Positions 59,555 to 64,000 of a stretch of DNA of 64,000 nt are shown piece after piece; within the stretch, counting starts at the first letter, position 1; every line of letters begins with the position of its first letter. A program made the position numbers and the translations under genes. The DNA comes from Nemertoderma westbladi (lineage: Eukaryota; Animalia; Xenacoelomorpha): the NCBI GenBank assembly GCA_032718475.1, contig JAUCBJ010007509.1, positions 6,086-70,085 of the forward strand, given 5' to 3'. A model generated the notes under the pieces. It was not told the DNA's origin. It saw only the letters and a program-made list of their open reading frames with translations, and searched no databases.

Positions 59555-62171
59555 CAGTCAATCTACTAATATATAACATAGGTGTGGATAATTGCAGAAA
59601 AACTGCTTATCTAGAACAAAACTGGGTATAGAAATAATGATTCCACCGGCATACTTACATATCGTTCGTCAGTCCATGTGGTGTAAAACATAAATTCAAT
59701 ATTAATATCAGAAGAACGATCTATTTTTTTTGGCGACATTTTGTTGACTTTAACTTTGACGGAAACATGCACTGTTAAAGAAAACAAGGAACTAATTAAT
59801 TATTTAAGAACTATTTTAAACTATTATTGCGATTTATGATAATGTTATTGCGTTATATTGCGATATATTCTTAGGAGCGATAAAAGTAATAAAAAACAAG
59901 CGCGAAATCGTGCGAAGGTCCGCATCTACTAATGCATAAACTGTCTCCTTGAATAGCTTACTTCCAATCTTACAACAAAAAACATTCACCGGAATAAGGG
60001 ATTGAAATTGGTACCTAGAGATTACAAGTCCCCCCCCCCCCTCCCCCCCCCCCCCCCATTTACTGGGGCTGTATCAATCCTTAATACCAAAACCTAACGA
60101 GAAATTAACAACACCAACAACATCAACGGAGTGAATACTAGAGGTCTCGCTACTTGGACCTAAAAATGGAGATGACAATGTATATCTATATTATATTAAA
60201 AGGAATCCTTACTTACATTTTCCCTCAGATATAGGAGGTTCCTTCTTCTTGTATCCTATGAGCTCCAGTGCATCTTCAAATGCACTCGTTTTTGTCCTAT
60301 TGAAAAATATCTTACTGTAGAAAGCTTTTACATTAAATAGTAGTGACAGCGCTCAATAATGGTTAGTCATAGTGTTTTGGACTTTGGCTATACCACTATC
60401 AATGTGCTTTCAAATGTGACACAAAATCAAAGATTGTCAATGCAAAGTATACATTGCAATATGTACTGATTATTAACTAACTGTAATATTAAACCCATAT
60501 TTTTAATATATATTTTTTTATATTTTTTTAATATTACCTATATTTTTTATTTTTTTAAATAATTGATCTAGATAATTAAGTATGAACATTATTAACAAAG
60601 GTTTCATCGGAGGCTCTGCCTTTATCTCACCACCTTGAGATCATCCAGCAAAAGGAACTGCCATGTGCTCTGTCAAACGACAGCACATGGGTTCCACCAT
60701 AAACTCATGTGCACTAGGCTGGGTTGAAAAAACCGAAATTTCGAATTTGACTTTTTCTGTATGAAAAAAACTGGCACATAGTTCCCAATAAAACACACAA
60801 AAAATATCTTTAAGTAATATTGATGTTTGACCCCCCCACCGGCCAGTTAAAGTTTTTGGTTTTTTCAAACTTTTGAAATTTTTGATCTCGAAACAAAACT
60901 CACTGGTGTTAATATTTAATTGTTTTCTTATGGTTAATATGCTTCGCAGAACATTATGTTTTCAGATGTAAACGAGTAAGTATTTTACCTAAAAACATCA
61001 TCTGACATCCCCACAATGATGCTGAAAAATGAAATATTCTTGAAAAAAATTCAAGGTAAATAATAAGACTGGTATATGTAAACCACTTCACATCAAAATT
61101 CCCAAATAAAAAATTAGAGCTATATGGCAGTTCAGCAGAGAGTAGAGTAGTTAAGCTAAGACTACAAGTTACTGTATCTGCACACATAAATGTATGCTAG
61201 AACTATTAGTCACCGGTAAACACCACTGGTGTGGAAACCAATTTGAACTGAGTTCAGCATAGAGTAGTAGCCCAGTAGGGTACCGTAGTTAAGCTAAGTC
61301 TACAAGTTACCATACTGTATCTGGAAATACAGTAGACGTATGCAAGAAATAATAGGCGCCAGTAGAGATCGGTAAATTGCGCTACTGCTGTACAGCAATA
61401 ATATTAAATACAGCAGTATTGTAGTTAGGCAAATCGCGTACCGGTGTCACAAGGAAATCAGCCCCCCCTAGAATATGCCCCCCGGGGCATTATTTCCTAG
61501 GATATTATGTCCCCCCGGGCAATTTTTCCTAGGAAATTTAGCCCGGGGGGGCATTTTCTCCTTAGGAAATAATGCCTCCCCTCAGGAAAATTAGCCCCCC
61601 CTCAAACTGTCAAAAGTCTGAAAACTGGTACGATACCGGTCTGCTGGTAGCCACTTTTAATCTACCAACTGCAGAACTTGTAATAGTTGGAAGAATAGTA
61701 CGGTACTGGTCTGCCAGTAGGTAAGCAGGTAAGGCAGTAAGGGATGTAGAACAGCATACTGAAGTATCTAAGTCAGTAGGCTACTGTAGTAAGTACGGTA
61801 CTGGTATAACAGCAGTGCGGGTGTGAGTTATAGTTCATATCCGTACCGTTGGTATTTTCGTATTGCAAAAATAAGACTATAAGTATGAAATACGCTATGT
61901 TATTGAGATATTGTTTATTGTTTTGGTTAGAAAAGCCCACCACTGTAACCTGATCCTTTCCGTTAATTAAGTAATGGAGATTAGTTTATTGTTTTGGTTA
62001 GAAAACACCACCACTGTAACACCACCGGTACTAACTGCAGAACTGTAACTGTACTATATGAAGTTTCATAGTTGGAGTTTATAGTTCAGACCATATCACC
62101 ATATCGAGTTATAGGCCTACTGGTACAGTCTCACAGTGTTAGGACTACCCAGCTACCTACTCAAACTAGAC

Positions 62172-63638
62172 ATGGGTGAGTCTGAATGCGCCGATTACAA
62201 TGCTATATTCCGTTACTTATCGAACGGTACTTATAACGACGGAACTTCAAAGGAAAATAAACGGGAGATTCGTCGGAAAGCCACAAGGTTTTATCTGAAA
62301 GATTCTCAACTGTTCTACAACCTCAGTAAAAAGTCAAAGGAAGGAAAGGAAAACGACGGTGTTGAAGCCAGAAAGCCCAGACGTTGGGTTGCCTCTTCTT
62401 CCGATCAACTGAAGATAATCGGAGCCTGCCATTCAGATGCTATCGCTGCCCATCTCGGGCGGGACAAGACCCTGGAAAAAATCTGTACGAGATATTTCTG
62501 GTATTCATTGTCTCGGGACGTAGGAGAATTTGTGAAGCACTGCGAAATATGCCAACGTTCATCAAAGTTGATTTCTAAAACCGGATTAGAGCTCCAGTCC
62601 ATTGAAATCCACGGTACAGTTTGGAGTCGCATCGGTATCGATTTAGTCGGCCCACTTACGGTTACTTCAAAGGGGAACAAGTATATTATTACATGTACCG
62701 ACTATTTTTCGAAGTGGCCTGAAGCTAAAGCTATACCCAGCAAAGATGCTTACCTTGTTGCCGAGTTTCTATATGAGCTGTTAACCCGATACGGAGTTGC
62801 TGAGATAGTTATGTCGGACCAAGGTCGTGAATTTGTCGCAAACGTCAACGATGCGTTGTTTTCATTTACAGGGACAGACCATCGTGTTTCCTCCGCCTAC
62901 CATCCTCAAACGAACGGCCTCGATGAGCGTTTTAATAAAACGCTCAAGACAGCTCTGGTTAAGTTTGTCAACGATAACCAGAACGACTGGGACATCTACA
63001 TCAATGCTGTCCTTTTTGGATATCGGACAAGTGTTAACGCATCCACACGTTTTAGTCCTTTTGAGTTGATGTTTGGGCGCAAACCGATACTACCTATTGA
63101 ATTGACTTTTAATCCCAGACCCAATTCCACTGGTCACGTTGACCATGCTGATCATGATTACGTAATGTCAGAGAAAGGTACTAATCTCGAAGAGGCGGAA
63201 GTAGAGGAGGCTGTTCAAAGGATGAAATCTACTCGCGCTGCAATCACTTCTGCAGCGCTATCGAATATTGGCAAAGCGCAGGAACGACAACAGAAGGCGT
63301 ATAATAGTCGACGGAATGCCACAAGTTATAAAATTGATGACAACGTTTTGTTGCGAAATTCCCGTAATGATCAGCGCAAGGGTGGTAAGTTGCAACCTTC
63401 TTGGTTGGGTCCATATTCAATTTCAGCTATACTGTCAAAGGGTGTCTATAAGCTGAAGAACAGCCTTGGAATAGAATTAAAAAGTACAGCTAATGGTAGT
63501 AAACTGAAAAAATTCCATTCATTGGAAGATTTTCAAGTGAACCTAACCAAGAAGGGTAAGAAAACCCGAAAGATAAATCACCAGTCTCCCTCCGACGACG
63601 TGGACGCATTGTCTATATTACAAAACTTGATTTGCTAA
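62172..63638 (+). CDS. Ginger1 transposase (Gypsy-like integrase)
   Basis: YPYY-like N-terminus (YNAIFRYLSNGTY), H2C2 (CH..HLGRDKT..CEICQ), GIDLVGP, SDQGREF, GLDERFN, WLGPY; uninterrupted frame. Confidence 0.93.
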   Translation: MGESECADYNAIFRYLSNGTYNDGTSKENKREIRRKATRFYLKDSQLFYNLSKKSKEGKENDGVEARKPRRWVASSSDQLKIIGACHSDAIAAHLGRDKTLEKICTRYFWYSLSRDVGEFVKHCEICQRSSKLISKTGLELQSIEIHGTVWSRIGIDLVGPLTVTSKGNKYIITCTDYFSKWPEAKAIPSKDAYLVAEFLYELLTRYGVAEIVMSDQGREFVANVNDALFSFTGTDHRVSSAYHPQTNGLDERFNKTLKTALVKFVNDNQNDWDIYINAVLFGYRTSVNASTRFSPFELMFGRKPILPIELTFNPRPNSTGHVDHADHDYVMSEKGTNLEEAEVEEAVQRMKSTRAAITSAALSNIGKAQERQQKAYNSRRNATSYKIDDNVLLRNSRNDQRKGGKLQPSWLGPYSISAILSKGVYKLKNSLGIELKSTANGSKLKKFHSLEDFQVNLTKKGKKTRKINHQSPSDDVDALSILQNLIC

Positions 63639-63855
63639 TTCAATTATTAAAGATTTAATTTGGTTGGCCATTCAGCCATTTACTATCATTAATATATGAT
63701 GTTGATAATAAAGAGTCAGACAGTCTTCAGTAAAATACAAAATATTACAAAACTTGATTTGCTAATTCAATTATTAAAGATTTAATTTGGTTGGCCATTC
63801 AGCCATTTACTATCATTAATATATGATGTTGATAAAGAGTCAGACAGTCTTCAGT
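63615..63855. repeat. ~115-bp direct duplication (period 127 bp) at the Ginger 3' end
   Basis: ATATTACAAAACTTGATTTGC... at 63615 and 63742. Confidence 0.9.
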
Positions 63856-64000
63856 TAAATAGTATAATTCAGGGGGGGCATAATTTCCTAAGGGGGGGCA
63901 TTTTTTCCTAGGGAAATTTGCCCGGGGGGGCATTTTTTCCTAGGAAAATATGCCCCCCCGGGCACATTTCCCGGGGGGGCATATTTTTCTGTTACACCGG

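Larger units (their letters stand above)
61445..63996 (+). mobile_element. Complete Ginger1 DNA transposon
   Basis: CCGG|TGTCACA ... TGTTACA|CCGG (4-bp CCGG TSD, typical of Ginger1); imperfect ~130-160-bp TIRs built from GCCCCCCCGGG/CCTAGG units; Gypsy-like integrase with no gag or RT. Confidence 0.92.

Noticed and set aside
62136-63638. Gypsy retrotransposon integrase or host GIN1 gene
   Set aside because: It is flanked by TIRs and a CCGG TSD with no RT, gag or LTR, which fits a Ginger1 DNA transposon.

Overview
Repeat-dense, AT-rich eukaryotic (probably invertebrate) DNA with no recognisable host gene; it is almost entirely nested mobile elements. The centrepiece is a full-length 18.1-kb Polinton/Maverick (19037-37158) with AGTAGT termini, ~320-bp TIRs and a 6-bp TSD (GATGTT/GACGTT). 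It sits inside the gag ORF of a BEL/Pao LTR retrotransposon, which lies just downstream of the transposase gene of an EnSpm/CACTA element. The + strand block encodes a RING protein, packaging ATPase, integrase, two tandem pentons, a basic core-like protein, major capsid protein, adenain protease and a DEDD-like nuclease. The convergent - strand block encodes a possible PC4-like protein, protein-primed PolB and, overlapping the end of PolB, a clear TATA-binding-protein (TBP) homologue. A tRNA-like Pol III promoter lies beside the right TIR. The TBP is the most notable signal and suggests the element carries its own transcription-initiation factor. Other elements: a complete Ginger1 transposon (CCGG TSD), an IS3EU remnant, Gypsy, R2-like, CR1/L2 and RTE remnants, a Nin-type SINE, and piggyBac and P fragments. 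All family calls come from motif recognition by eye; no database searches were run.
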